From NCBI GenBank assembly GCA_902797455.1, contig CADBTE010000237.1, positions 1-39,986 on the forward strand: 39,986 nt of DNA, written 5' to 3'. Of this stretch, positions 32,101-38,756 are shown piece after piece. Source of the stretch: an uncultured Planctomycetota bacterium. GTDB lineage: Bacteria > Planctomycetota > Planctomycetia > Pirellulales > Thermoguttaceae. Positions within the stretch are counted from its first letter, which is position 1, and every line of letters starts with the position of its first letter. The position numbers and the translations under genes were made by a program. The notes under the pieces are model-generated. The model did no database searches and was not told the origin of the DNA. It saw only the letters and a program-made list of their open reading frames with translations.

Positions 32101-35036
32101 TACTGCAGTATCTCGCTGGCGGCGGTATCGAGGCGGAAGAGGAAGTTGCCAGCGCTGTCGATCGTCGCGCACGAGAGAAGATGCGCTTTTTCGACATCGG
32201 TCAGGTCCGCGGCTCCCGCCCCCGCGACATCGTCTAACCTCAGCGTGGTCGAGAAATCGTACGAATCGACCGTCGCCACCTCGCCGCCGCTTTTTTGAGC
32301 GGTCACACTAACGATTTTAGTGGTCAGATCCACCGCCGCCTGATAGCCGGTCTCGGGAGTGTAAACCTGATCCTCGGTCAGTGTCCCCCCTTCGATCACC
32401 GCCGGGGTCACGGTAATCGTGTAACCGACGATCGACAGGGTGAAGGTCCTCTGTCCGGCATCATCAGCGTGGGCATCGGTGTCGGTATTGGCGTAATCGA
32501 AGGTCACCGTATAGTCGCCGTACCACTCGGCCGGAATCGTCGCCAGGGCGTCACGATTGACCTGGAGCTCGACCCAGCCGTCACGGCCGTAAACAGGATC
32601 GGCAAAGCGAAGAAGACTAGCCGCGTCGAGCGTATGCTCATCGTTTTTAATCTCCTTGACACAGAAGACATACGTCTGGCCGGCGTCACTGTGGAAGGTG
32701 ACCTTCCCATCCAGCGTCTTCCAGCCGGTCTCGGTCCCGAGGGCATTCACCTCTTGGTCCGGGATATCCACAAGCTGGAGCTTGTCGAAGGCGCCGACGT
32801 AGGTATAGCTGACCGCGGCACTGTTGGACATAGCACCGTGATTGTCGGCCATCTGATACTCAAGCCCGCCAAGCTCGATAGCTTCGGTCCCCCCCGCGGG
32901 TGTCGTCCAGCGGAGCTGCTCGCTGTAACCGTCGCTCAGCGTGTAGAGAAGCGCTTTGTTCGCGGTATCGAGCGTGTAGGTTCCGTAACCGGCGACCTCG
33001 ACCGAACTTTTGCCGGGGGCGAACTCTCCGGCCTCCCAGTCAATCACATAGGTCGTTCCGCCAATCGTCACCGCCGCCAGCGCGACGGTATCACTGTAGT
33101 CTATATCTTCGCCTCCGCAGGGAACAGCGAGCACGATCGCAGCGGCCGAGTCGGGGACGGCGGTATAGGTCTGGTCGATCGCCTCGGCGACAGGCGCTTG
33201 ATTCGTACCGGTGACAGTCACCGCGACAGTCTCTTCGGTTGTCGCGCCAAGCTTGTCGGTCACCGTGCAGGTATAGGTCAGGATGAACTTCGCCCCGATC
33301 GGAAGCTGTTTGAGGAAATCAACACCCTCAGGCACCTCGAAAACATACTCTCCCGAGGCACTGTCAAAAGTCAGCCACGAAGAAAAATCAGTCCCCACCG
33401 GGACGATAGCCTCGATCCCTTCCGGCGCGTCTTGGAAGGTCGGCGCGCCGACCGAATTCACCGCCGAGGAGAGGACATCACCGCGGTCGCGGTCGGTCGT
33501 GTTTGTTTTTTCGGCGGCGGAAACCGTGGTATCGATCAGCGCGATTTGAACACTGGCGTGGGCTTCCGGTGCGTCATTGACACCGAGAACGTTGAAATCC
33601 CAAGCGGCGGACTCCCCGCCGATATTGGTCATCGAGAACCAGACCGGATCGATGTCTCCCTCGGGAAGATTGACGGCTTTGTCCCACCGGCCGTTCATCC
33701 GATAGGTCATCGAGGTAATGCGGCCCTCGCCGTCGAGAACCAGGTCAACTATCGCGCCGGACGGCAGAACGATCGTGTCGGACGTCCCGTCCCAATCGGT
33801 CACGGAGTTTCCCTCGTAGATCGTCAGGGAGGTGATCGCGGCCCCGTCGCCAAAACTCCAAGCCGGGTCGTAGGTCGTCTCGTTCTTGGCGGTTTCTCGG
33901 GCGTTCCCGGCGATATACCGGACAAAGACGTCGGTCGGCGGCATCTCGTTGCCGGCGTTATCGGTCGCGGTGACCGTCATCGGGTAGTCGCCGTTGTTCA
34001 GTTCACCGGTGCGGTCATCGCGGAAGAAATCCTCAAACGAGACCGGCTGACCTTCAACAAAGACGCCGACGATATTGGTGATCCGTTGTCCTTCCGGTGT
34101 CGTACCGCCGTCTTCGAGCACCGCGTCATAGACGTCGTCGCCGACTTTCACCGTGGCAATGCCAACCCCCGTATCATCGATGACGGGGATATTGAATTCA
34201 GCCGGATCGTTGACCACCATCGGATTGTCCGGATCGGTCCACGCCGGATCGATCTCGGGGGCATCGCTGTCGTACTCAAGCTTGACGCTGGAAGTATCAC
34301 GGATGCCGAGCTTGATGAGCGACAGGTCATCACTGGTCATCACGCCATCCATATTGACGTCATAGACCGTGCTGTAGACATTGCTCCACTGGGAAATATC
34401 GACATCCTCGCCGAACATATGGCGATAGATATCGATCGAGGCGGGATTCCTCCCGCCGGAGAAATAGGCGTTCGTGTACGAGACGAATTTGAAGGTATCC
34501 TGGATCTCGAAATCGTCGATGACCCCATTGTGGTTGGCGCTTCCGGGGGTAAAGACCGAGCAAGTGAAGGCGCCGGTGAGTCCCTCATCCTTCCCCGAGA
34601 TGAAGAGCTTATATCCCTCTTCATTCGGCGTCACGCGAAGGATAACGAACGAGCTGTTCGTCCCACCGGCATCGGTCAGCATCCCGCTTTTGATGATCTG
34701 CCACCCGGTGACCTGGTCGTCGAGGGTGATCGCCGCCGGATCGAGCACGGACGGCTCGCCGGCTTTTCCGCTGACGACAACACCAACGAGAAGATCGTCC
34801 GTCCCCGCGGTCTGGCCGAAGGTCAGCTTCACTTCCGAGGGATTTCCGACATCCGAGACATAGCCGTACTCCACGTTGGCTTCCGGGGTATCGACAATAT
34901 CCCACCCATTGGGTGTCGCGGTGAGCAAATTCCGATCTTCCAGCGGCTCCATCTGCAATCCGCGCTCGCGAATCGGCCTCATCCGACCTTGCAGACGAGA
35001 GAAAATCCGTTCCTGAAGATACTTTTTCACACTCAT
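26133..35036 (-). CDS. Giant surface protein 2 (about 2967 aa): LEPR-XLL-like N-terminus, many VCBS/cadherin-like Ig repeats, cohesin-like and dockerin-like modules, C-terminal matrixin-like HExxH region
   Basis: ATG 35036 gives MSVKKYLQERIFSRLQGRMRPIRERGLQMEPLEDRNLLTATP. Repeat junction motifs recur: GVNDAP (three times), GINDAP, GTNQAP (twice), GKNEAP, GKNDAP and GWYEAP. Dockerin-like loops are YDVNMDGVMTSDDL (about 34300-34365) and DTDDDGAITDADLAKF + DYDRDGSIDDADLLYF (about 27090-27265). HELGH lies at 26712-26726. Acidic C-tail. Confidence 0.9.
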   Translation of the reverse strand: MSVKKYLQERIFSRLQGRMRPIRERGLQMEPLEDRNLLTATPNGWDIVDTPEANVEYGYVSDVGNPSEVKLTFGQTAGTDDLLVGVVVSGKAGEPSVLDPAAITLDDQVTGWQIIKSGMLTDAGGTNSSFVILRVTPNEEGYKLFISGKDEGLTGAFTCSVFTPGSANHNGVIDDFEIQDTFKFVSYTNAYFSGGRNPASIDIYRHMFGEDVDISQWSNVYSTVYDVNMDGVMTSDDLSLIKLGIRDTSSVKLEYDSDAPEIDPAWTDPDNPMVVNDPAEFNIPVIDDTGVGIATVKVGDDVYDAVLEDGGTTPEGQRITNIVGVFVEGQPVSFEDFFRDDRTGELNNGDYPMTVTATDNAGNEMPPTDVFVRYIAGNARETAKNETTYDPAWSFGDGAAITSLTIYEGNSVTDWDGTSDTIVLPSGAIVDLVLDGEGRITSMTYRMNGRWDKAVNLPEGDIDPVWFSMTNIGGESAAWDFNVLGVNDAPEAHASVQIALIDTTVSAAEKTNTTDRDRGDVLSSAVNSVGAPTFQDAPEGIEAIVPVGTDFSSWLTFDSASGEYVFEVPEGVDFLKQLPIGAKFILTYTCTVTDKLGATTEETVAVTVTGTNQAPVAEAIDQTYTAVPDSAAAIVLAVPCGGEDIDYSDTVALAAVTIGGTTYVIDWEAGEFAPGKSSVEVAGYGTYTLDTANKALLYTLSDGYSEQLRWTTPAGGTEAIELGGLEYQMADNHGAMSNSAAVSYTYVGAFDKLQLVDIPDQEVNALGTETGWKTLDGKVTFHSDAGQTYVFCVKEIKNDEHTLDAASLLRFADPVYGRDGWVELQVNRDALATIPAEWYGDYTVTFDYANTDTDAHADDAGQRTFTLSIVGYTITVTPAVIEGGTLTEDQVYTPETGYQAAVDLTTKIVSVTAQKSGGEVATVDSYDFSTTLRLDDVAGAGAADLTDVEKAHLLSCATIDSAGNFLFRLDTAASEILQYLAEGDSLTLSFGYSLTNLVIDGEAISGTLRGGDVTVMITGVNDAPVAHGTVDIALSDVDTAASASSKVTDADTPASELVYTLNSCPSGEDVVFSGNAPEGIAAIVDGADFSTWLTWDAARQEYVFTPGSEIFKALPETVTATLAYSFQVSDGKGGTTIEDIQVTITGTNQAPTAQDISVSVDAGDSVVIDWRANSNDVDFKDPVTLVKINDVAVTATQTNPQVIDLYDNDQYVGYLTVSIVGGEQVLIYTAAGDALKWDLAKGDTRLVGFTYQVSDGRLTSDTADAAVEVVGRFDPLEMDPENPTTLKITNKSPAVEGWIPATERLGFFSDALPGSGRQAYEFTVTKANDDTDLAQYFKMEATGGKVTLFVKQDAVTGPSPILPPGDYVLAFTSENLDGEADVQDHTINLTIQDKSGVEAAAIDLPAITEDVALISKDLSENTFIDPDKATATVTDVRFKTLGELPVHTVALSDSTGTYTGEQIKDHLGWTADRYTAFIQQLSEAASVDGASKMFTFSNDGTFLSFLADGAELHVTYHYTIDGYTSDGVVWDVPSTNNPITVNITGINDAPYGAADHTASVDLTTGAVVYDTGSATLNIFDGVVDPEGRSLSTTWIVPATVTAYGTTFTLSEGAVTVAADGTVSVDVDKLTGDFVKLGLGQSAEIAVKFTISDDQGLVVAEGERSLTVTVLGKNEAPTKKADAPTGSANIEESTASAPVSITPAMFAEDIDLNDTTLYFQSVTVEGTTITAQTAGWSGNTFTQAFASGATLTLVKNASGITSCSYNVAGRAERVPNLPAGQTAADSISFVVCDKAGAVTESIAYDFNVIGVNDAPYGANDHTADVNLINQTVKYDTDKDILNILDGVVDPDGNALSVANVSVPTSVTAYGHTFTISPGAISVASTGEVSIDLAALTSDFLKLAQDDTVAIPVTFLVKDSAGASVKEGIKTLTVTVVGKNDAPVASTTLTGTVDLAAGTQTALDLTSGAEDPDIDDYAQTAAVSSITYEDGGTVKDLPADCWSLTDSKTVVFDIAKLRALFPKLAIGSTVSLAVNFTVADTHGLDSDAATAAVAVEGWYEAPRFVTAYTVQTTHFAYADGSYDGILTLPLSGHFTGAYIAENTTAAIYSTSQGVSKLADLAYATEWTDVSWNDGAAHFVGQYRMVTDSSGNTSIELKTADYASTLNTAPVYAKITVSDGTNSVSSNLFQVKLADEEQCTANLILYGTNTATTANLNGRTADYEKLETTDVDTLGNYDAVNDNYWYYLEVWFRDTNGKFSGEDFRLTMVSFQLNHNSSNIESIHIWDEDETGLIGVNPIFGMHSDMYDDGQINVNGAEDYDLGARLRDVSLSSTGGFNVKDGSQAYLVCRMKVVVKAATSQSGTKCMADHSITIGAVTKQYPSQNITPFKEGLNLVPRGETLDTKLNDTQIRLNQGVVVPQRVVGLSGIEVIADNGVYLRTVAQATDESRVDSTLVSNTEYLHEWQSHFTEIWVKASELETYLGASAQFSYTPGYFTAASVEFGSMFSDGLYSIDADNGLITVSALAADGGIAGTGLVLLARVAWQSGEGDTVAWSATADPIALSWELTAADLYTLSGNTEVSVGLKQTVELWANPYDTDDDGAITDADLAKFLVAYGHGIAGNSYKVGSDYDRDGSIDDADLLYFLSLYGATKEDVVSGNRTILLPETFTQRYVGTTLSTDQIALVGTVYDAANQAWVEALGLDESVSVTLAVKDFADSETLAQAQVTQVDVNGVIKSGIIYIDDDAAGKLWYSQLSDPVDASRYDLYTVILHELGHFYGFDPTSAAYMTVMTTFDYLNAEGHSDDIADVMYYGVEVGQRKELTEQDIAAARAILDTLTGGDAGGSTAGAVNSMTAICVDTPLCEAMAASKIEVGPAAASEDHSVYFLDTRLAQSLADSGLAIGNLRRYDESALEARHSAAVDELMAAQSFSQIVESDDEYDFALGEGSESQSDEEGFFAGDGLEEDLL
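28856..30404 (-). repeat. Three B-type repeats of about 125 aa in giant gene 2
   Basis: GINDAPYGAADHTASVDL...VLGKNEAP, GVNDAPYGANDHTADVNL...VVGKNDAP, and a third copy ending VEGWYEAP. Shared strings include N[IL][FL]DGVVDP[ED]G and VTAYG-x-TF[TS][LI]S-x-GA[VI][ST]VA. Confidence 0.6.
30405..31982 (-). repeat. Intragenic super-module copy 2 (about 526 aa) in giant gene 2
   Basis: Runs from GVNDAPVAHGTVDIAL to just before GINDAPYGA. It has the same four-block order as copy 1 (EDIDYSDTVAL / NDVDFKDPVTL; GDYTVTFDYANTD / GDYVLAFTSENLD; FLFRLDTAASEILQYLAEGDSLTL / FTFSNDGTFLSFLADGAELHV). Confidence 0.65.
31983..33584 (-). repeat. Intragenic super-module copy 1 (about 534 aa, four Ig-like blocks) in giant gene 2
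   Basis: Runs from GVNDAPEAHASVQIAL to just before the next GVNDAP. It is block-by-block collinear with copy 2, e.g. APEGIEAIVPVGTDFSSWLTFDSASGEYVF versus APEGIAAIVDGADFSTWLTWDAARQEYVF, and both contain TVTGTNQAP/TITGTNQAP about 125 aa in. Confidence 0.65.
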
Positions 35037-35106
35037 GCTATCGATCCTTAACGCAAAGGGATGGAATACCCGGTGAGCCCAAACAACGGACAACGGCGCG
35101 AGGTCT

Positions 35107-35135
35107 ATTTTACCTATACTGCGCGCCCGGCGCAA
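35107..35135 (-). promoter_or_regulatory. Candidate promoter for giant gene 2
   Basis: The minus strand reads TTGCGC (35135-35130), a 17-nt spacer, then TAAAAT (35112-35107), about 70 nt upstream of ATG 35036. Confidence 0.3.
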
Positions 35136-35424
35136 CCTGCCGAGATATTACGCTTATTGTGCCTGCGTAACACCCCCGCACACGCCGAAAGAGACAAAAG
35201 CGTCCCCTTCGGTGCAAAGAATGCGCTTATCCCTATTTATCAACCATTTTCCCGACCGAACTAAAATCATTTTTTACAGTTGCCCTGTTTTTTTCATACC
35301 AACCTCCCCCACATAAAAAAATCGTTATATTCCGCCCCCCTCTCATAGACGCAGCCGCCGGCCGAAAAGTTCCTCGAAAGGCTGAAGAGGAGATTTCGGC
35401 GGCCGACGGCACAGGGCCGACGAG

Positions 35425-35453
35425 TTGATTATAACAGGCTCCCCTTTTATAAT
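35425..35453 (+). promoter_or_regulatory. Near-consensus sigma70 promoter for the sugar-phosphate isomerase gene
   Basis: TTGATT (35425-35430), an exact 17-nt spacer, then TATAAT (35448-35453). The ATG at 35526 is preceded by GGAAG. Confidence 0.55.
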
Positions 35454-35525
35454 GTTTCCACAGAAGAGGTTCTTGTAGAGAAAACCGACAAGAAAACCGG
35501 AAAAAACACCAGCAGGAAGAAACCT

Positions 35526-36377
35526 ATGAAGATCGCGTTCTGTAATGAAGTCTACGGCAATTGGCCGCTCGAGAAACAGTTTGAGTTTACTGCCGCCTGC
35601 GGATACGACGGCGTTGAGCTGGCCCCGTTCAGTCTTGACGAGTCGTGGGTCGGCGGGGCCGAAAAAAACGCCGATGTGCGGCGGATCACCCCAAAACAGC
35701 GGGATGAAATGGCTCGCCTGGCCGAAAAGGCATCGATCAAGCTCCCGGGGATGCACTGGCTTCTGGCCAAGACGAAGGGATTCTTCCTGACATCCCCCGA
35801 GGCGGATATCCGCAGGAATACGACTGCCTACCTAAACGAGTTGATCACGCTGTGCGCCGACCTAGGGGGCGAATACCTCGTTCTCGGTTCCCCTGCCCAG
35901 CGTTACGTGCTCCCGAATTTTTCCTATAACGACGCCCTCGGCTGGGCGGCCGACACCCTCGCCGGAACGCTCGATAACCTGAAACGGAATAATATTGTCC
36001 TGGCGCTGGAACCGCTGGCCGCCAGCGAGAACAACTTCCTGATGAACGCCGCCCAGGCGCTGGAGCTGATCGAGAAGATGGGTAACCCCGCGCCGATCAC
36101 CATTCACCTCGACTGCAAGGCGATGGCCGGCGGTGAAGACCGTCCGATCCCCGAGGTCATCCGCGACCCAAGATTCGTCCCCTTCGAAAAGACCTTCCAC
36201 GCCAACGACCCAAATCTGCGCGGCCCCGGCTTCGGCGATCTCGACTTCGGACCAATTATCGCGGCGCTGCGCGAAACAGGCTTCGACGGCTGGATCGGGG
36301 TCGAACCGTTCGACTACAGCGTTGGGGTCGAAAATCTTGCCCAAAAGAGCGTGGCGTACCTGCGTTCTTTTGAATGA
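35526..36377 (+). CDS. Sugar phosphate isomerase/epimerase (xylose isomerase-like TIM barrel)
   Basis: MKIAFCNEVYGNWPLEKQFEFTAACGYDGVELAPFSL, ...LEPL...NF... and HANDPN..G.G.LDF..I...L...GFDGWIGVEPFDY are typical of the AP_endonuc_2 / xylose-isomerase-like TIM barrel family. Confidence 0.85.
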   Translation: MKIAFCNEVYGNWPLEKQFEFTAACGYDGVELAPFSLDESWVGGAEKNADVRRITPKQRDEMARLAEKASIKLPGMHWLLAKTKGFFLTSPEADIRRNTTAYLNELITLCADLGGEYLVLGSPAQRYVLPNFSYNDALGWAADTLAGTLDNLKRNNIVLALEPLAASENNFLMNAAQALELIEKMGNPAPITIHLDCKAMAGGEDRPIPEVIRDPRFVPFEKTFHANDPNLRGPGFGDLDFGPIIAALRETGFDGWIGVEPFDYSVGVENLAQKSVAYLRSFE

Positions 36378-36387
36378 TCCCAGCGCA

Positions 36388-36401
36388 GCAAGATATCTTG
36401 C
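36388..36401. terminator. Perfect 14-bp palindrome between convergent genes (weak terminator or binding-site candidate)
   Basis: GCAAGATATCTTGC is its own reverse complement. It sits between the stop at 36377 (+) and the stop at 36430 (-) and is followed on the plus strand by GTCTTTCCC. There is no strong U-tract. Confidence 0.3.
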
Positions 36402-36429
36402 GTCTTTCCCAAGAATGGGCCGCTCACGC

Positions 36430-38661
36430 TTACCTTACCGCGTCAGCGGCCCGTTCTTTTAGGTCGTTCTTGAGTTTTCGATCCGAGTGCGTCATCGCCT
36501 CATCGAGAGCAATTCCCCGCGCGTATTCTTCTTTTCCCGCGACGCGGTTTCCCGCGAGGCCAAGCGCCAGGGCGTGATAGAGTCGGTACTCGGCATTGGA
36601 GGGAAATCGTTCGACCGCCTCGGCAAAAGCCCGCTCGGCCTCTTGAAGCAGCTGCACGCGTGTCTTTCCCCGCGCGCTTTCCCCCAGGGAAAGAAGAAGT
36701 TTCCCGGCGTGGAATCGAATCGATGCCGAGGGGGGAATCACCTCAAAGAGCGCCTGCTTCTGTGACAGGAGGGAGGGAAGTATCCTCGCACCGCCGCTTG
36801 CCAGGTGCTGCCGCAAAACGTCGGCAGTGCTATCGAGACAAAGCATGCGCAAGGGAACGCAATCGCCAAGGCCGCAGGGGAGCGCCCCGCGTTTGAGTTC
36901 CCCGGACAATTGTTCCAGGGCCTCCTCGCTCGGGTGGCCGAAGCGATTTTCCATCTCCCGAGCGTCGCCGGAGACGATGGCCGTGCGCCAAATTCCGACG
37001 GTGCAGGCCAGCAGCGCAGCGACCACGGCACCGAATACCCAGCGGCCGGTTCTTTCGGCGGACAGCCTCTTTGCCGCGGCTGTCTTCTCGGGCAGCGTCT
37101 CGGCCAAGGGAACCATCGCGGCGGCGAGCAAAATCAGCGGCAGCGCCGTGGGGGGATAAAATACCCCGCCGGCGGCCAGAAGATTGATTCCTCCCGCCAT
37201 CCAGGCCGGAAGCAGCCAGCGGCGCGGAAGCGTCCGGGTCAGGAATCTCTCTCCCAAGAACAGAGCCGGGGGTATCGCCGCAAGAGCGCAGAGCAAAAAA
37301 TCGAAATCGATCGGGGCCTCGGTCTGCATCGACAGGAAGAACGCCGCGAAGCAGGCAGCGGCGAAAAAAAGCCCCCAAAACAGCGAGCGAAACAGCCCCA
37401 TGGGCTTTTCTCCCTCCGGGGAGTTCGTCGGTTCGGAATCGGGGCCCGCGCGAAGTGCCTGATAACCGACCTTCAGCAAAAACGCGAGCAGCGCCACCAG
37501 CGCGGGAAGGCCGAGCAGCGAGGAGATCTCGAAAGCGAAGTTATGCGGGTCGGCGATCACCTCGCTTGCCGAGGCGTTCATAAAGCGTGTATACATCGGC
37601 TGGAAGTTCCCCGGCCCTACCCCAAGCCAGGGATACTCCGCCGTCATCCGCGCGGCGGCCTGCCAATAGTCGAGCCGGAAACCGAGTGACTTTTTCGCCT
37701 CGGTGAAGAACTCCCGATCGAGAATGCCGCAGGCCAGTCCCGCCAGGAGCAGCAGCGCCAAAAGAATCGGCGAGGCGGCCAGCGCTAGACGGAAAAACTT
37801 AGGCACGCGTCGCAGGCCGATGATCAGCAATGCCAGGAGAACGCCGCAAAACAGCGCCAATACACCGGTGCGACTCTTCGTTAAAAACAGCGCGTACCCC
37901 CCTATCGCCAGGGTCGGCGCCAAAACAAGAAGGTCGACAAGACAGACGCGGCGCTTTCCCTTTCCCCCGTCGGGGTTCGCGCGCCAAAGAAAGATCAGGC
38001 GGCAGATACCCTCAATAAACAGCGTAACGAGAAAAACCAGCGCCGGAACCAGAAAACCGGCCAGGGTATTCGTCAAACCGAAAGTCCCCAGCGGCTCGAC
38101 ACTATTGAGGCGGTTTTCGAACAGCTCCCGCTGCGGCGTGCCGGCGGGGATCACCAGCGAATTATCGGCGAGCATCTTCTCCGGGTCGGCGTGATACTGC
38201 GCCCGCAGCGCCGGATCACGGACCTCGTAGCAGTAGACGGCAAAGAGGGACTGAGCAAAAAACAGCGCGAGCAGGAAAATCCCGAGCAGTCTGTTGAGCG
38301 GCAGCGCCCCCGCTTCCTGACGCGGAAAAAATCGAAGGACAAAATACGATACGGGAAGAAGGAGTATCGTTCCGCTCTGGCAGGCGGCGTAAAACCGGTT
38401 CCCCGTATTCCCCTTCACCAAAGCGATCCATGAAAGCAGCGAAAACAGGGCAAAGAGCGCCATGAAACCGTCGGCGCCGGAAAAAACCGTTGGACGGACA
38501 AGAAGAAACACCCCCAAAGAAAGCGCCGCCAAGAGCCAGCCGAGGTTCTCTGTCAGCAAATCCCCCCCGCGTACAGAACCTTCCGGGGCGAGAACCAGGG
38601 AGACCACCCACAAAAAGGCGATCAAACCAAGCAAAATACCTCGAAGAGCGCGCGCTGTCAT
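36430..38661 (-). CDS. O-antigen ligase-like (Wzy_C) polytopic membrane protein with C-terminal TPR-like domain
   Basis: At least 10 hydrophobic segments, the DPHNFAFEISSLLGLPALVALLAFL motif typical of O-antigen ligase/polymerase family proteins, and a C-terminal soluble helical-repeat region (...AERAFAEAVERFPSNAEYRLYHALALGLAGN...). ATG 38661 is preceded by GAGGAA. Confidence 0.8.
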   Translation of the reverse strand: MTARALRGILLGLIAFLWVVSLVLAPEGSVRGGDLLTENLGWLLAALSLGVFLLVRPTVFSGADGFMALFALFSLLSWIALVKGNTGNRFYAACQSGTILLLPVSYFVLRFFPRQEAGALPLNRLLGIFLLALFFAQSLFAVYCYEVRDPALRAQYHADPEKMLADNSLVIPAGTPQRELFENRLNSVEPLGTFGLTNTLAGFLVPALVFLVTLFIEGICRLIFLWRANPDGGKGKRRVCLVDLLVLAPTLAIGGYALFLTKSRTGVLALFCGVLLALLIIGLRRVPKFFRLALAASPILLALLLLAGLACGILDREFFTEAKKSLGFRLDYWQAAARMTAEYPWLGVGPGNFQPMYTRFMNASASEVIADPHNFAFEISSLLGLPALVALLAFLLKVGYQALRAGPDSEPTNSPEGEKPMGLFRSLFWGLFFAAACFAAFFLSMQTEAPIDFDFLLCALAAIPPALFLGERFLTRTLPRRWLLPAWMAGGINLLAAGGVFYPPTALPLILLAAAMVPLAETLPEKTAAAKRLSAERTGRWVFGAVVAALLACTVGIWRTAIVSGDAREMENRFGHPSEEALEQLSGELKRGALPCGLGDCVPLRMLCLDSTADVLRQHLASGGARILPSLLSQKQALFEVIPPSASIRFHAGKLLLSLGESARGKTRVQLLQEAERAFAEAVERFPSNAEYRLYHALALGLAGNRVAGKEEYARGIALDEAMTHSDRKLKNDLKERAADAVR

Positions 38662-38691
38662 CGTTTCCTCTTTGGCCGAAAGGAAAGGAAG

Positions 38692-38733
38692 CGCTTTTGA
38701 CGCCAAAGACAAAAGCCGCCGACGTCAAAAGCG
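38692..38733 (-). promoter_or_regulatory. Intergenic RNA hairpin with a perfect 11-bp stem upstream of the O-antigen-ligase-like gene
   Basis: CGCTTTTGACG (38692-38702) and CGTCAAAAGCG (38723-38733) are exact reverse complements with a 20-nt loop. On the minus strand the hairpin is followed by TTCCTTTCCTTTCGG, then the Shine-Dalgarno and ATG. It could be an attenuator, terminator or stability element. Confidence 0.4.
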
Positions 38734-38756
38734 TTTGTGTGGAGGAGAAGCTCCCC

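Noticed and set aside
26076-35051. Long plus-strand ORFs inside giant gene 2 (26076-27407, 27936-28961, 30696-31937, 32295-35051; up to 918 aa)
   Set aside because: These are antisense shadows of a GC3-rich gene in which stop codons are rare in the reverse frames. The translations are R/G/D/I/V-rich low-complexity sequence without motifs. The minus-strand frame gives coherent repeat, dockerin and HExxH domains.
35288-35321. T7 ... A7 inverted A/T runs upstream of giant gene 2 as a possible invertible or phase-variable element
   Set aside because: The stem would be A:U only (7 bp). There are no flanking longer inverted repeats and no nearby recombinase gene. It is more simply an AT-rich promoter-region feature.
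35061-35756. 67-aa ORF (35061-35264, +) and 137-aa ORF (35343-35756, -) in or near the divergent promoter region
   Set aside because: The first has no Shine-Dalgarno or motifs and lies across the predicted giant-2 promoter. The second overlaps the well-supported isomerase start and its near-consensus promoter on the opposite strand.
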